The notes under the pieces: model-generated
Database searches by the model: none
Told to the model about the DNA's origin: nothing
What the model saw: only the letters and a program-made list of their open reading frames with translations
Made by a program: the position numbers and the translations under genes
Shown: piece after piece, positions 24,762 to 37,794 of the stretch
Layout of the letters: each line of letters opens with the position of its first letter
How positions within the stretch are numbered: the stretch's first letter is position 1
Origin: Vicugna vicugna
Taxonomy: Eukaryota
Direction of reading: 5' to 3'
Assembly (NCBI GenBank): GCA_013265495.1
Contig: MU058065.1
Location: 4,996,976 to 5,060,975 of the forward strand
DNA length: 64,000 bases

Positions 24762-26346
24762 TTCTACCCACCCTTCCAGAAACCTCGTTAGGTTGGATTT
24801 CCACAAGGGAACTGTTTGTCAGGCTTCATCAACTCTAGGCACAAAGCTCTTGGCTCTAAAGGACAGGGGTCCTGGTGGAAGGGTCCCTTTTGAGTACTGA
24901 AAGGGGTTCTTTAACTTGGTCTTGATGAAGACATCCAAAGTTTGTGTTAATAATGAATAAATCCACACCCAATGGGAGACAGATCAAGCTTCGCATAATT
25001 AAAGAGTATGCGGTGGATTTTGATACCAGTCTCTGGTTCTCTGTCACTAGTTTCGGTGGTGAGCCTCCATAGCTGACCTTTTCTGGTCCTGCCTGCTCTC
25101 CCGAGCCCGTTCTTGCCCCATGACCTGGGCCACCTCTTCCTTCGGAAAGTCTATTACTTTGAGGTCACAGTGTCTCCAGCCAGTCTGTGAAAAATCATTT
25201 TGCCTCAGTGGGTTTCTGCAGAGACTCAGTTCCTTTCAATACACCCTGCTCGTGGCCGGTGTGTGAGGCTGCAGCCCTGTGTCAAATCATCTCAGGGATT
25301 TTATCCTTCATCACAGAGGTCTGGGGGGGCTTCAGCACCCCCTACACAGAGTAGAAAGCTGAGGGGAGAGGGCACATGGCAGGGACAGCCTTTAAAATCC
25401 AATAGTATGAAGAGCCTCTGTCTGATTCATCTGGTCTTAAAACACTCCCCATCGGGCAGAAACAGCGTGCTGCCTGGCGCTTCCTGCGATTCCAGGCAAC
25501 AGACTCCTTGTAGAGAGCAGCACAGAGCACTGCCACTTCATTACACCGCACCCAGTATCAGCGTGATCACCGGCTACCTGGGTGAAAGTGAAAGGATTCA
25601 GAAAGTCTGGTGGATGTTTTCCTTCCAGAACCACAGGCATCACTTGTTTTAAGAGATGACGGCATTGTATGTCAGGCTGTCTAAGTTTGGATGTCATTTA
25701 AAGACCTCGGTTAAAGATAGCCGTTCCATTTCTAAGCAACAGGGCAACAATCCTCTGCATTCACCTGTTAGACCAAATAATTGGAGGTAGCAGCTGGGCA
25801 GGGACAGGGTCTGGCTCAGCTGCTGCAGGGCATGCTGGTGGCCTGTGGGAAAGGGAGGCTAACCAAACTGGGATTTTTCGGTCAGTCCTCCTTTCAAATA
25901 TTATATCCCATCAGAATGAATCTACTGACTTCATCACAGAAAATATTGTCCTTGTTACCTGGGAGCCAACAGGGAGCTGAGCAGACCACATATGTGTATT
26001 CTGCCCACCATGCCAACCTGTTCGCTCAGAATTTCCTCCAATCCCTCTTAAAGACTTTGATCCAAAGCGTGTAAATGCCACAGACTTTTTTCTTGGATGC
26101 TGTTTTTTAGAACCTGTGGGATTTTTTTTTTTTTGTCTTGATTCTGTGCAAAAAATTTAACATGCGGTGTTTGCTTTCACGGGTTGGTTTGTTCCTTTAA
26201 GGCAGGAACCATTTCTTGAGGATTTCTGTCTCTTGCCGGTGTTGACCTGAGCCACCCTCACTGGGGTTCACTGCTCTACAACAGTCCCTTTCCTCTGCTT
26301 TCTGGCCACCTATGACAAGCCCAAGAGCACAGGGCCAGGGTGGCAC

Positions 26347-27105
26347 TGTGAAATATATGTCTGATCATTGTCCCATCCCATCCTGTCCCCGCCCACCTCA
26401 TTCTGGCCAGAACAGTAATCAAGGTGTCTTTTGTTATGTTAATGAGGTGGCTTTTGGACCCCACTTAAGAATGCACCTGGGTCACCAGAGGAAACAACTA
26501 TGTGGTTAGAGGGTTGGAACCTTCATTCCCACCACCTGAGGTCTGGGGAAAGGAGAAGTGCTGGAAACTGAGTTATCACCAATGGCCAATGATTTCATCA
26601 GTCAGGCCTATGTAAGGAAGACTTCATTAAATCCCCCCCACCAAAAAAACAACAACAAAATAACAGGGTTCTGAGAGCTTCTGGGCTGGGGAAACAGAAG
26701 GCTTCCACAAGCTCCTTGGTCCAGGACCTCGCCTTATGTGTTCCTTTATCTGGGGGTTGATTGATACCCGTCAGTATCCTTTGTAATAAATCAGTGATCT
26801 GGTGAGTGAACTGGTTTCCTGAGTCTGGAAGCCACTCTACAAATTAATCGAACCCAAGGAGACGGTTGTGGGAATCTCAGATTTATAGCCACCCAGTGGA
26901 TTGGAAGCGCAGATGACAACCCTGGATTTGTAATTGGCATCTGAGGTGGAGGGCAGTCTCGTGAGACTGAGCCCTTAGCTTGTGGAATGTATGGTGTCTG
27001 GGCAGAGAGGGTCAGAACTGAGCTGAATTGTAGGACCCCCGGCTGGTGTCCAAGAACTGACGGTGCAAGGGAAAAACCCACAAGTCGAAACTGGGTTACA
27101 GAACC
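26347..27105 (+). mobile_element. MER21-family solo LTR
   Basis: ttttgttatgttaatgaggtggc, tgtggttagagggttggaac, accaatggccaatgatttcatcagtc, AATAAA at about 26785, gtcagaactgagctgaattgtaggac. Confidence 0.85.
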
Positions 27106-28354
27106 CTTGGCACACCTCACAACTTCTCCGCTATTCCACCTGGTGACTAAGAGGGTGAGCGAGGAGAAGCCATCGGGGTGGGAGCAGTTCCCAGAGTACG
27201 GGGTAGAAAGCGAATGGGTACCCTTGTCTCTCATTCTTTGTGTGAAGCTCCCTCTGTTCAGAACCCTATATAAGAAGCGGGCTGCCTAACCTCTAACAGC
27301 TAAACAATTTTACCGAGTGAATGAAAGTCTTCCTTGCCGGAATCCCCACCTCATCTTGTTTCCTGACAGTTATTCATAATGAAATACAGCAGATTTTAAG
27401 CAGGGAGGGTACCACTGCTGGCTATCAAGTAGACACAATGAAACTGTGCTCTGTCTTATGTGTGTTCCTTTACTTGCTCTTAGAAAGAATCTTTCATTAA
27501 TTAATGTCAGAATACACATTATTCTATTAACATTCTGAGGGCTATATCCACACACTTGTTTGTCCCCTAAGGTTGTTGCATCGAAAGCATGTATTAGTTT
27601 TGACAGATACGATATCTATTTCTGTGGTGATAAATTAGAATATATTCATCCAATCCATTTCTCACCCTGTTTTCTTCAGGTAAGATTGATATATGAAAAC
27701 AAACAGCCTTTATCCCTATTAGATAACAACATTTTATATCCATTTATAGATGAATTAAAAATACCCCCCAAATGCTACTTGCAATTGCAGGCAAAAGGAA
27801 CTCTCTTGGTTCACATTTCCAACACACACACTCTCCCAAAAACAGCAGGTACTCTTGATGGAGTAGATGTGAGTGCTACTGCTGACCTCAAAAACTCCAA
27901 TTACCCCAGGATCTGAGTGCTGACTGGTTCCTGATTTATTTTAGGCAAATTAGGTAGCATAATGAGTAAAACAAATACTTTGCGGATCAGATTTAAACGA
28001 ACAAATCTAAAGGAATTCAGGTGTAAGTCTGATTTCCACAGTTATTTCTTCAGTTGTGGTAAAATCTTGGCAGCTGCAAGCACCAATTAATGATCTGGCA
28101 TTCCAACAATAACAAAGGGTCCCGCTCAAAATGGATTTACAGAAAATTTGGCCAATCTGATCCAAAGCTACCAAATTGGCAAATTTACTAAAAGTAGACG
28201 GAGTAGATCATGCTTCGCAAGACAATGATGAGAAAAAAATCTGGTGTACAGAGAATTATTGACTTTGGGGGCTTAGGAAAGAAAAATAAATTTCTTGGCC
28301 ATTACTTGTCCAACTGGGTATAATAACCCACCTGTCCACTGTGTTTAAATATGT

Positions 28355-28480
28355 TTTCACAAACATCGTCTCATAAAATTCTCACAACAACCCGGTGAAG
28401 TTAATGTCCTTACTTTAACCAATGAAGGAACGAAGTTCTAAACAATTAAATAACTTCCCTAAAGTCATGCATAAATAGTC
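28355..28480 (-). mobile_element. MIR fragment
   Basis: attctcacaacaacccggtgaag...ttaaataacttccctaaagtcatgca. Confidence 0.6.
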
Positions 28481-30199
28481 TAGACAAACAACAGTACAAA
28501 CGGCTGAAACTACAGAATGAACAAATACAAACGACCATTCGTTAGAAATAGGCAGATTGTGGCATAGCCTCTTTGTAACCCAAATAGACAACCTCGCTAG
28601 CAGCATTTTTCTGATCTAAGATGACCAGTTGGTAGCCTGCGGAATAGGGCAAAGCACGAGGTGACAGAGGGCACCCTAAGGACTAGATGCTCCTGGATAA
28701 CAAATGCTGACACATACTTCCTCGTAGCCAGCTGCCCATGAATTCATCTGGAGCCACTTCTGAAACACATGCGGCGTTTTCTTCCCCAGCTTTCCAGGTA
28801 TTCAGGGATGTGCTTTCAACCAAACAAAACAACCTTACGCACAAATTACCCGTATTGCTAAACTCTGTGTCTTGCCCTCTTTCTCACCGTCCTCCCTTTC
28901 TAGACACGTATCTAGGCATGGGAACAAAACTCATTTCAGACACTATCTGAACAGCGTTTTACAGCTAAAGAAATGAATTTTGAATTTGAATAGAAGACTC
29001 CAACGTATCAGTCACCCTCAGGATGCCACATCACTTGAAGACCTAAAAAGAGTCAGTTTCCTACTATCCCAGCTCTTCAAAGGTGGACTTTTGGAGCCGC
29101 AGATGTTCAGGCTGGAGGAGGTTACAGACCCTCTAATCCAAACCTCTCACTTTCCCAAGGAGGAAGACCCAGTGACAAGAAGTGACTTTTCAAAGACCAC
29201 CCAGTGGATTAAAGTCTGAGCAAAACTTAAAAACGACAGCCTCCTGTCCAGGGCTCCTCTGCTATAATCTGGTAGTAAGAGAGTGCCTGGTCACCTAAGC
29301 AAGAACCCCTAGGACCAGCCAGCTGCAGGCTACCCGGGTCTTTTCCCCTTCCTACGAGCAGGGGCCAGGAAACGTCTTCTCACTTCTTCTGAACCTTCTC
29401 AGAGGAAAGTAAACTGGTCAGATAAAGGAGAGGAGGTAGTTCCGTACATAATTTGCCAGTTCCGCCTCCGGCATTCAAATCACATTCTCTTGAGACCAAG
29501 ACACTTTAAATCTGACCCTAGCACTAGAATCTTCAAGAATTTTAGACATAAGGTCATGAACTTCCCAATTAGCCCCTACAAGATACTGAAGGTCAAATAA
29601 AAAGGGTGAATGCTAAGGGACTGATCTGAGCAGGAAGTGGACCAGGGCGAGGGGAGTCTCATTTTAAAGGTTTGCAGGAAGGCACACAACTTCAACAGAC
29701 ATCATTTATTCCTGGGCATCAGTCACCTCTCCCAATAGTCTGGAAGATCTTGGGGAGCGTGGAATTTATTCGTGTCTTTTGTAACACATCAAGTGAGACC
29801 TAAAGTAAGTGTTCAATGAATTCTTCTTGCATGAAGGTGAAGAAAATAATACATTCTTTAGTCTTTAGGAAGTAGCCCTCTTTAGATTGGCAAAACAATT
29901 CAAAAAACATGAACTGCCTAAAACTCACTGGAAAGATAAACAGAACTTTTCATAGAATAACAGCTGGATCCAAGCTCCAAGATTATTGAATTTAATCTTG
30001 TATTTTACACAAGGGGGTAGAAGTCCAGTGAGGTGCACCGATGTGCTGCATTTGTACACACCAGATTAAGTCCTAATCTGCATGAACCATCAACCTCCCA
30101 GAAGTCTGAGAGAGCCCCAGTTCTCTGAGCCATCATGTCTCGGAGGGACATTTTTGAGACCATGGTCATTGGTCCTGCTGACTCAGCACAAAGCAGAGA

Positions 30200-30850
30200 C
30201 CATCAAGACCATCATACTACTCCTCACGCCACCATCCTCCTGGTTGCCACTTAAAAGCCAACCTCCTGACCCAGGCTCCATCTGCATCCTGTTCTGTGCA
30301 CTTAGTCTGCCCCCCTCCCTGTCCTTTCCCCTCCCTCTCAAACCCTTCCACTGTCCCTTGGCCAGTTGAATGTGCCTCTCTAATCTCCATCCTTTCTCAG
30401 AACATGCTCCTCACTTCTTATCTTAAATAAAATCCAGTTGTCCTCTAAGTACAGCTTTGAAGACTGCTCACATGGAGGTTTTCACTCTCCTCACTCACGT
30501 GTCAGAGCACCCCTCCTAATTCTCATCTCCACTTCTAGTCCAGCTCTCCCACCCACTTCCTGCCAAAACCACTACTCTCCTGAAACTCACATCATGCAAA
30601 TATATCACCCTTGCACTCTGTTATGGTCATCGACCAACCTCCTGGTCACTCTCCCCGTGCATGAAAACTTTAGCTCTCACCTCTGTCTTCCTCTGCACCT
30701 CTCTATTACCATTATTTTCATGACTCATCATAGACATGAAGGAACCTTCAGACATCCTGACCTCGCAGATGCTGGATCTCCTCCTACCCAGGGAAACGTT
30801 ATCAGACCTCAGAGAATACACGCTGTAGCACAAGAAACACTAAGTTCTCC
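30200..30850 (+). mobile_element. L2 ORF2 (endonuclease-region) remnant
   Basis: Pyrimidine-rich L2-like text, e.g. ctcctgaaactcacatcatgc and gtcatcgaccaacctcctggtcactctccc. Confidence 0.55.
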
Positions 30851-30864
30851 TATCTCACTGGTTA

Positions 30865-31260
30865 TAATATGATTAAGTACTTCCATAGAAGAAGTGCAAT
30901 GTACTAAAGAAATGTGCTAGGGGTTTCATTAATTTTGTCTCAGGGAGTTGAGAAAGTGTGTATGGGAGTAGCTAACATTTGTGATAGACCTTGGAAGATA
31001 AATATCAGGGGCAAGATGGTCAATGGCAGAGGGAACAGCACAAGCAAAGGCATCAAATGCTGCCAAGCCTGCAAACAGCAAATAACCCAACGTGGCTAAG
31101 AAATCAAGTTGTGCTGGGAAAAGTGAAAGGAGATGGTCACGGTGCAGGACTAGGCCAGGTCAAGCAGTGTGTTAAATACCAAGCCAAGAAATATTGAAGG
31201 TTTCAAGAAGAATTATATGGGCAGATCTGTGTTTCCAAGCTAATGAAGGCAGAGTGTCAT
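30865..31260 (-). mobile_element. L2 3' region
   Basis: ggcagagggaacagcacaagcaaaggc...ggactaggccaggtc...ggcagatctgtgtttc. Confidence 0.65.
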
Positions 31261-33929
31261 GAGTGGTTCACAAGTTGGAGGAACGAAGTGCACTTGGATT
31301 ATGGACAAGGGAGAGGTTAATTCCAATTCAGCATCTAATTCTTGGCAGAAGCTGGAGTCCAAGATGCAGTTTTTAAAAAGCTGCTCTTATTACTAGTAAT
31401 GACATTCTAATTCGGTCAGCTTTCAATGCTAAAAGTAGACGCAGGTCACTGAGGTCCAGATTAATGAAAACCAAACACTGGCCATTTCTAGGGTACTTCC
31501 CAGTAGCATCTGGCTGTAGGTTCCCATGGGTTCCATGGCTCCCACCCAGTCACCAGAAGTCCCTTGGACATTTGGATGGCTCAAATCTGGACTAGACTGG
31601 GAATTCCCTAAGCATCACAGAAGACCTTTGAAACTGTTAAGACTTGAATCTGAACCAACTGACTTGGTTGATTTTTCACCATAGGGGGAGGCCAGCCGCT
31701 TCTCTCAAGACCCAAGTAAACTCTCAGAGGCAATGTCAAGACTCCAAAAAATCTGAGAACTGAGTGGTTTAGGCAGAATGAATATTTGCTCCTCTGAAAT
31801 TATTGATCTGTGATGAACCTACTTACGATTTTCCCTTTTATGATAAAGGTGGATTTGCATGACTCACTGAAATCAAAGACTTGATATAATTTTGCCCTTA
31901 CCATTTGTACCCAAACTCCTATATACAAAAGACCATTCAATATTTTTATGGTTCATGAAAATATAAGCCTAAGAGATTGATAATTCTGAATGAATTGGAA
32001 TTCAGTTCAAACATTTACACGATTTTTATTTCACTGAAGTGTTCGGTTTGAGTTAAAAACAAAGTAAACATTTTGATTGAACAGGATCCAACCTTGTCTT
32101 TAACATTTTGAGTGGTTAATTCAGTTATTTCACGTAGAAACCCTTCAGTGACTCTGGAAAGGAATGGAGTGTAATTTTGCTGCAACTCATTTTTATGATA
32201 TGATTGAAATTTCTGGTGTCAGTTTTTCCTTGAAATATAGATGTCCCTGCTCTCACGGCTTCAGATGTTAATACTTATTTCCCTGTTAGGAAGTCTACTA
32301 TGATGCCCCAAAGGGATCACTCACATTTTCCTGCGATGACCTCATGAATCATTGGGAACTAATTTGTAACTAGACAATACAAATACATCCCGCTCACGTT
32401 TTGCCTTAGTAAGTCCAAACACGAACCAGAATTGTATACAGAAATTACAAAAAGGCTACTGAAATGGTATTTCTCCTTTTAGGTAATGACATCCCTAATG
32501 AGATTAATATCAATTTGAGAAATGTATTCGTGTGTGTATTTCTACAGACGTCATTAGTACATTTTGTTTGGGATAAATCAATCCCTAAGGTACATATGCC
32601 TGTGGATGTATTTAAATCAACTTTGTTTCCATGAAACCTATAACGGAATATGCACATTTTCTCATTTTGAAGCTCTCAAAAAATAATCTCTTCTGGATGA
32701 GTTGCAATTATGTATATCTTGAATTACAGTTAATTGCAACTTGGCATTCGATTATAGGGAAAGACACACAGCACATGTTGAATTGAAGCTTCCATAGGGA
32801 CTTCCCTGTTTGCTTACAGACTTCAAGTCTGTCGGTTTGAACATTCAGACAATTCGACTCTGAAGGCCTTTGGACCCTTATGGTGTTTGTCTTTGGACAA
32901 AATCTAGCACACCGCCGTGCATACTGATGGGTGGGAAATACGGAAGTGCATTCTCCCGTCGGGCCATGAGGCTTCTCTCCAGCTGTCACCGTGTGGCATG
33001 TCTGACAATCACTGTCTGCCTGAAGTGACAACTCATGTCTGCTTTATCTCCAATCCATCTCGGTATAAATGGATGTTTGCAAGGCCTTGAGACCATCCGA
33101 GCCACCTCAGGCAGAATAATAATTGTTCTTGTAGCGGTGGCTAGACTATTTCATGGACATATTGGGTTGGCAGAAAAGTGAATCAATTTTAAAAGGAGTG
33201 TAGCATTAGACAAAGCCCAAGTCCCCACGGTCTTATCTGATGGTTTAGTTTGTTTTTTAAAAAGTGAGGTGCCCAGAGGCATTGGTGCCCTATTTTAAGC
33301 AGACCAAGAGTTTAATAGAAAGGTGCTGACAAGCAGTGAAAGGTCATCAGTAGACACTACTGTGCATCTAACTAAATCGAAAGTTTGCACCGTACAACTG
33401 CATCTGCTATAAATAGGTTTTTGTTGTTGTTGTTGTTTCAGAGGATTTCAGAACAGATCGTCAGCCTTGTCTCCCAGAGGTTAAGCATTTATTATAATCA
33501 AGGAGTTGACAGTTATCTAAATCTTTCTTATTTTGCGTTTTCTCTTTTGAGTATGAATGTAGCACTTGGAATTGAGCATTAAGCCAAGAACACACAGCAC
33601 AAACCAGAAGAAAGGAGAGACGGTGATGCTCTGGAGCAGTACGATGGCAGTGGTGAGCAGCGGGGGGAGCTGAGGCTTACAAACCAAACAGAAAACGTAT
33701 GATGGGTTTTGTTTCCGGATACCTTCCTGGGGGTCAGGTGAACCAAAAAAGCCCAGTCAGAGAAAGATGTGCAAAAGCCCAAGGGGAGTCCTGTCAAGGA
33801 TTATCAATGGAAGCTGCACGAGAAACTTTCTCCTATTCTGTAAAAAGAAACTGAACCAGGGAAAATAGAAATCGGAAAAAAATTTTTTTAAGAAGAATGG
33901 TGGAACTTGATCTCTTAATTGGTCTCTCT

Positions 33930-34215
33930 GCTCCAATTCCTCCTCCTTAATATTCCCAAAGTTGGCTTCCTGAAACACAGAGCTGAACATATTAACTATT
34001 TTGTTTAAAAATGTTTAGTGACTCCCCATTGTCTATAAAATTTCATAATTTGGAATTCAGAGGCCTCCATTATCTGTCTCCAATCTATTATGCCAACCTC
34101 ATCTCTCACTCTGCCCCTAGTAGAACCAGTCTTTCCAGCTCTCCCTTATACATCTGCAATCCCTGCTCAAATCCTTCCTCCCTCAAAAGCCCCCTCTGCC
34201 TCTGCTCGGGATGGT
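33930..34215 (+). mobile_element. L2 fragment
   Basis: tttgtttaaaaatgtttagtgactccccattgtctataaaa...ttcagaggcctccattatctg. Confidence 0.7.
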
Positions 34216-34279
34216 GAGATTCAAGATGGCAGAGCATGTTTCCAATCTGGACTGTGACTATGAGCCTTCCTGAGTCCAA

Positions 34280-34470
34280 ATGCTGTGCTAAGAGATATAA
34301 TTTCATTGGCTTGTTTAATATTGACAGCAACCCTATGAGGTAGCCCATATTTCACATGGGAAGACTGCAGTAAAGAGAGTTTAATTAACCTGCCCAAGGT
34401 CACGCAGCTAATGAATGATGGAGCTAAAGCCAGATTATCTTAGTTCAAGAGCCTGTGCTCTGAATCCCTT
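34280..34470 (-). mobile_element. MIR
   Basis: acagcaaccctatgaggtag...ttaattaacctgcccaaggtcacgcagcta. Confidence 0.8.
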
Positions 34471-35236
34471 CAAGTGAACTGCATTCCATCTATTCTTGTA
34501 ACCAGCTCCCCTCCCACAGGCACAATTTTAGGCACAGTGGGTCAAGTAATGGTCAATAAGATGTGGTTAAACCAAAGTCTCACTAGGTAATATAAAGAGA
34601 GGAATACAGAGAATACAAGAAACTGAATGAAATACTGACTTCGGAGAAAAGAAATGTAACAAAAAGGGAAATCTGGTCTCTTCACCCAATCCTGGTTGTT
34701 GTACAACAGATCCTGTCCTGAGGGTCAGGAAAGATACCAGAAGGAGAGAAAACTTACCACTGCTGCACTGAAGACTGAAAACACTGGCTCTGGAAGAATC
34801 TGGGAAGGGTGGAGTGAGGCTTCAGACTCACCTGCAGAGGAAATCAACTTCCAATGCCAGGCTTCGACTGTTTATTCAACCTGCCCTCAGCTGGGTCTCG
34901 AGGGAGTGCAGTAGATCTAAGACTCGTCAGGGAAGGGTGGCTAAGCTGAAGACTTACTGTGTAAAGTAAAATCAAAGATGAGTATGACAAGAAATCAAAA
35001 CAGTGGTGATACCAAGACAAAGTCCAAGTGACAATACAAGGCAATTGACATGGGCCAACAGAATTGAGAGAAAAGCGTGGAGCTCTGGCCAGGGAGGTGA
35101 GGGCTGGCTCCTGGAGAGAGGACCGGATTTGAGCTGAACAGAATGCAGAGAATTTGAGTAGGTAGAGAGAAGTGAAAGGAATTTCTCCATCAAATGTTAA
35201 AGAGTATGAGTCAGATCTCATGGGGATATGTCTGTC

Positions 35237-35400
35237 ACAATATTTCCTAAACGGTATGCCAGAAAGCATGAATCCAGCCAGATGTTCTATGGAAAAAGGG
35301 TTAGTGACTTATGTCTCGGACGGGGTGAACTACACAGACTTCTTCTACAAACTCACGGCACTCATTAGCATGTCGAGGGCTCTGAGAAGCCCCACAGTAG
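35237..35400. mobile_element. MER112-like hAT-Charlie fragment
   Basis: ggaaaaagggttagtg...ctcattagcatgtcgagggctctgagaagccccacagta. Confidence 0.55.
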
Positions 35401-35419
35401 CAGCAGGACTAGTACTAGT

Positions 35420-35660
35420 AGTAGCAGCAACTTACATTGATTGAGTTCTTACTCAGTGCCAGCCACTGTGCTAAGACTTTACATGGACTCCCTACATGTA
35501 TCAGTCCTGATGTGGTATGTGTATCACTACCCCCATTTGATGACTAAGGAGACTAAGGCTTAGGTAACAGACTGACCACCCAGCGTCATGCAGCTAGAAA
35601 AGTGGTCGGACTTAGACTTTAAATCAAGCCCTCCGACCGCAGTATATATGCCTTTAAATG
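35420..35660 (-). mobile_element. MIR
   Basis: gattgagttcttactcagtgccagccactgtgctaag...ccccatttga...gactaaggcttag...gtcatgcagctagaaaagtgg. Confidence 0.8.
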
Positions 35661-36161
35661 CCAAATTATGATTGTATCCCACTGAACATTCCTATTTAAC
35701 ATTTTTTAATGCAAACCTATTGAACTATAATATATCCACCTTGTTTCTCAGTTCCTGTGACTTCTCTTTGATCCAATAAACCTCCCATTCAAGTTGGCTT
35801 TTTACACGAAAACTTTGCAGGGTGAGGTGTCCTGGCCAGGTGCCGTGTTTGGCTGTGACTTTGGTCTAGTTCTCTTCTTAGACTAAAAAACAAAATACAA
35901 AAAACTGCCACCCTGATTTACTCACTAAGCAACATCCTACAAATTTGAGACATATGGTTGAGAAGGACCTGATTTTCACACACACAGCAGATCAGCAGAG
36001 TCAAAATTATATCTACCGCTGGACCCTTTTCACCAAATTCTGCCTCTACTGACTGCCCTTGATTGGTACATCTATGATGAGTCTATTTCATCTTCCTGCC
36101 AGAGAGTTTCCTGAATTAAAACTTATCTGGGAGGAGAGAACCCAGGTTTCTCAGCCCTTCT

Positions 36162-36471
36162 TATTTTATTTATCATTTATTTTTATTTTTAACACCTTTA
36201 TTGTGGTATGGTTCCTGAACAGAGGTACACTTTGATGAATTTTAAGAGATGTGTATACACCAATGAAACCACTACCACGATCAAGATATCTAACATTTCC
36301 ATCACTCCCCAAGAGGTGTAATTTTCGAACTCCCAATTTATCCTTTCCCATCCCGTTTAGCACCTGGTAACCAGAAGTTTGATCTTTATGTCTGTGAGTA
36401 TTGTTTATATGTGGAATTTTAAAAAAAAAAAAGGACGCAACGAACTTATCTACAAAACAGAAGCAGACTCC
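36162..36471 (-). mobile_element. Short L1 insertion with a 5' inversion and a chimeric 3' end
   Basis: TSD cagcccttct at 36152-36161 and 36472-36481. Minus-strand tail and L1 3' sequence from 36162 to about 36404. Plus-strand L1 segment ttatatgtggaat...acaaaacagaagcagactc from about 36405 to 36470. Confidence 0.85.
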
Positions 36472-37794
36472 CAGCCCTTCTCACCTGGCCTGCTCACAGT
36501 CCCTCTTCCCTTTATCCTTATACCCTGTGCTCTTTTAGCCAAAACCCAAGGCATCTGCCACTCCCCCAACTCTATCTACTTGGGTGATTTAAAAAACAAA
36601 CAGCTCAATCAGCCTCATGATTGATTCCAATTGATGGAAGGCTCTGCCTTTCTGCATTTGCCCACCCTGTCACTGACAAATCAGGCGGTGAATTTCCCCA
36701 GGCCTGCCAAAAGCATGATGAACTTGGTAAACCCTCTGAGTCTCTCTTTCCTGTTGACAGCTGGTTTTCTTAAACAAGTTAGTACCTGCTGAGATGGGTT
36801 GGATATTATCGGATCCACCAGAGCGGCTGTCTTTAAAAGCGCACCGAACAGCCTCACATTCTGATTATTTGTAAGCCACCAGCATGTAGTTAAATACGCG
36901 CTGGATGAGTAAATACAGGAAGGCATTGCCGCTCTGTGCAGGGAGCATGAGATACAACTTGCTAAGTTGCAGTCTATTTTTCCCCAGCAAGACACACAGT
37001 GTAATTTTTTTTCTCCTTCTGATTACATGATGTCAGCGCATACTCCATCGCCCCCCGTATAAACTGACACTTGACAGGCCCATTTCAGTGGATTCCAAGC
37101 CTGCACCAGCACAGTTACTGTTTGCAAGCTTCTAAGAGCAGTGGCAAGAATGGGAGAGAGTCTGGTTTGATTACCAGCCGGGAAAGCTTTGAGGGAGCCC
37201 AGAACTGCTCCTGTTACAAAAGCCTTCAAATCAAAAGCCTCCACTTAATTGTCTTTAGAAACGCGCCACCTTTGGGGGAAGTAACCACAAGGTTCTTAAT
37301 GATTTCAAAAAAGATCCCGAGCATAGCGGATACATGCGGGTCTCAACAGATGACATTTCTAAATATGAAATTGGTGGAGATTCATCTGCGAGAAAGAGAA
37401 CTAACTCCCTTCCTGCCCAAGGGTTTGAGGAGGCTTTTGAGAAACTTCAGCATCAGAATTCTAATATAGTCTAGTTAACTTTTTATTACTACTGTGAGGC
37501 GTCTGTGTGTGTGTCTGTGTCCGGGTGTGTGTGTGACAGTAGGAGGAGGTGGGGAATAGCACAGGAGAAAAAGGCACAGAGATGATGGAGGAGAATTTCT
37601 CTATGAAAGAGCCTAGTCCTGAGTTAGAATCTTTTGTCTCTCAGCAATCCTTCTTCTCCCAGGCAGTCCCCACATCTGATAAGGCCCAAGACTAATCATT
37701 ATTACTCAGAGAATCTAAACTTGTTTGAAAATCTACAAAATGGACTCTATATATAAACAGCAACCGAATGAGGGTATAGCTCAAATACATCCCT

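Noticed and set aside
25200..25697. Cluster of longer overlapping ORFs on both strands
   Set aside because: Explained by locally higher GC content; no protein similarity.
37770..37784. gagggtatagctcaa, identical to the SINE 5' head
   Set aside because: Only 15 nt, with no B box, tail or TSD. It cannot be told apart from chance.
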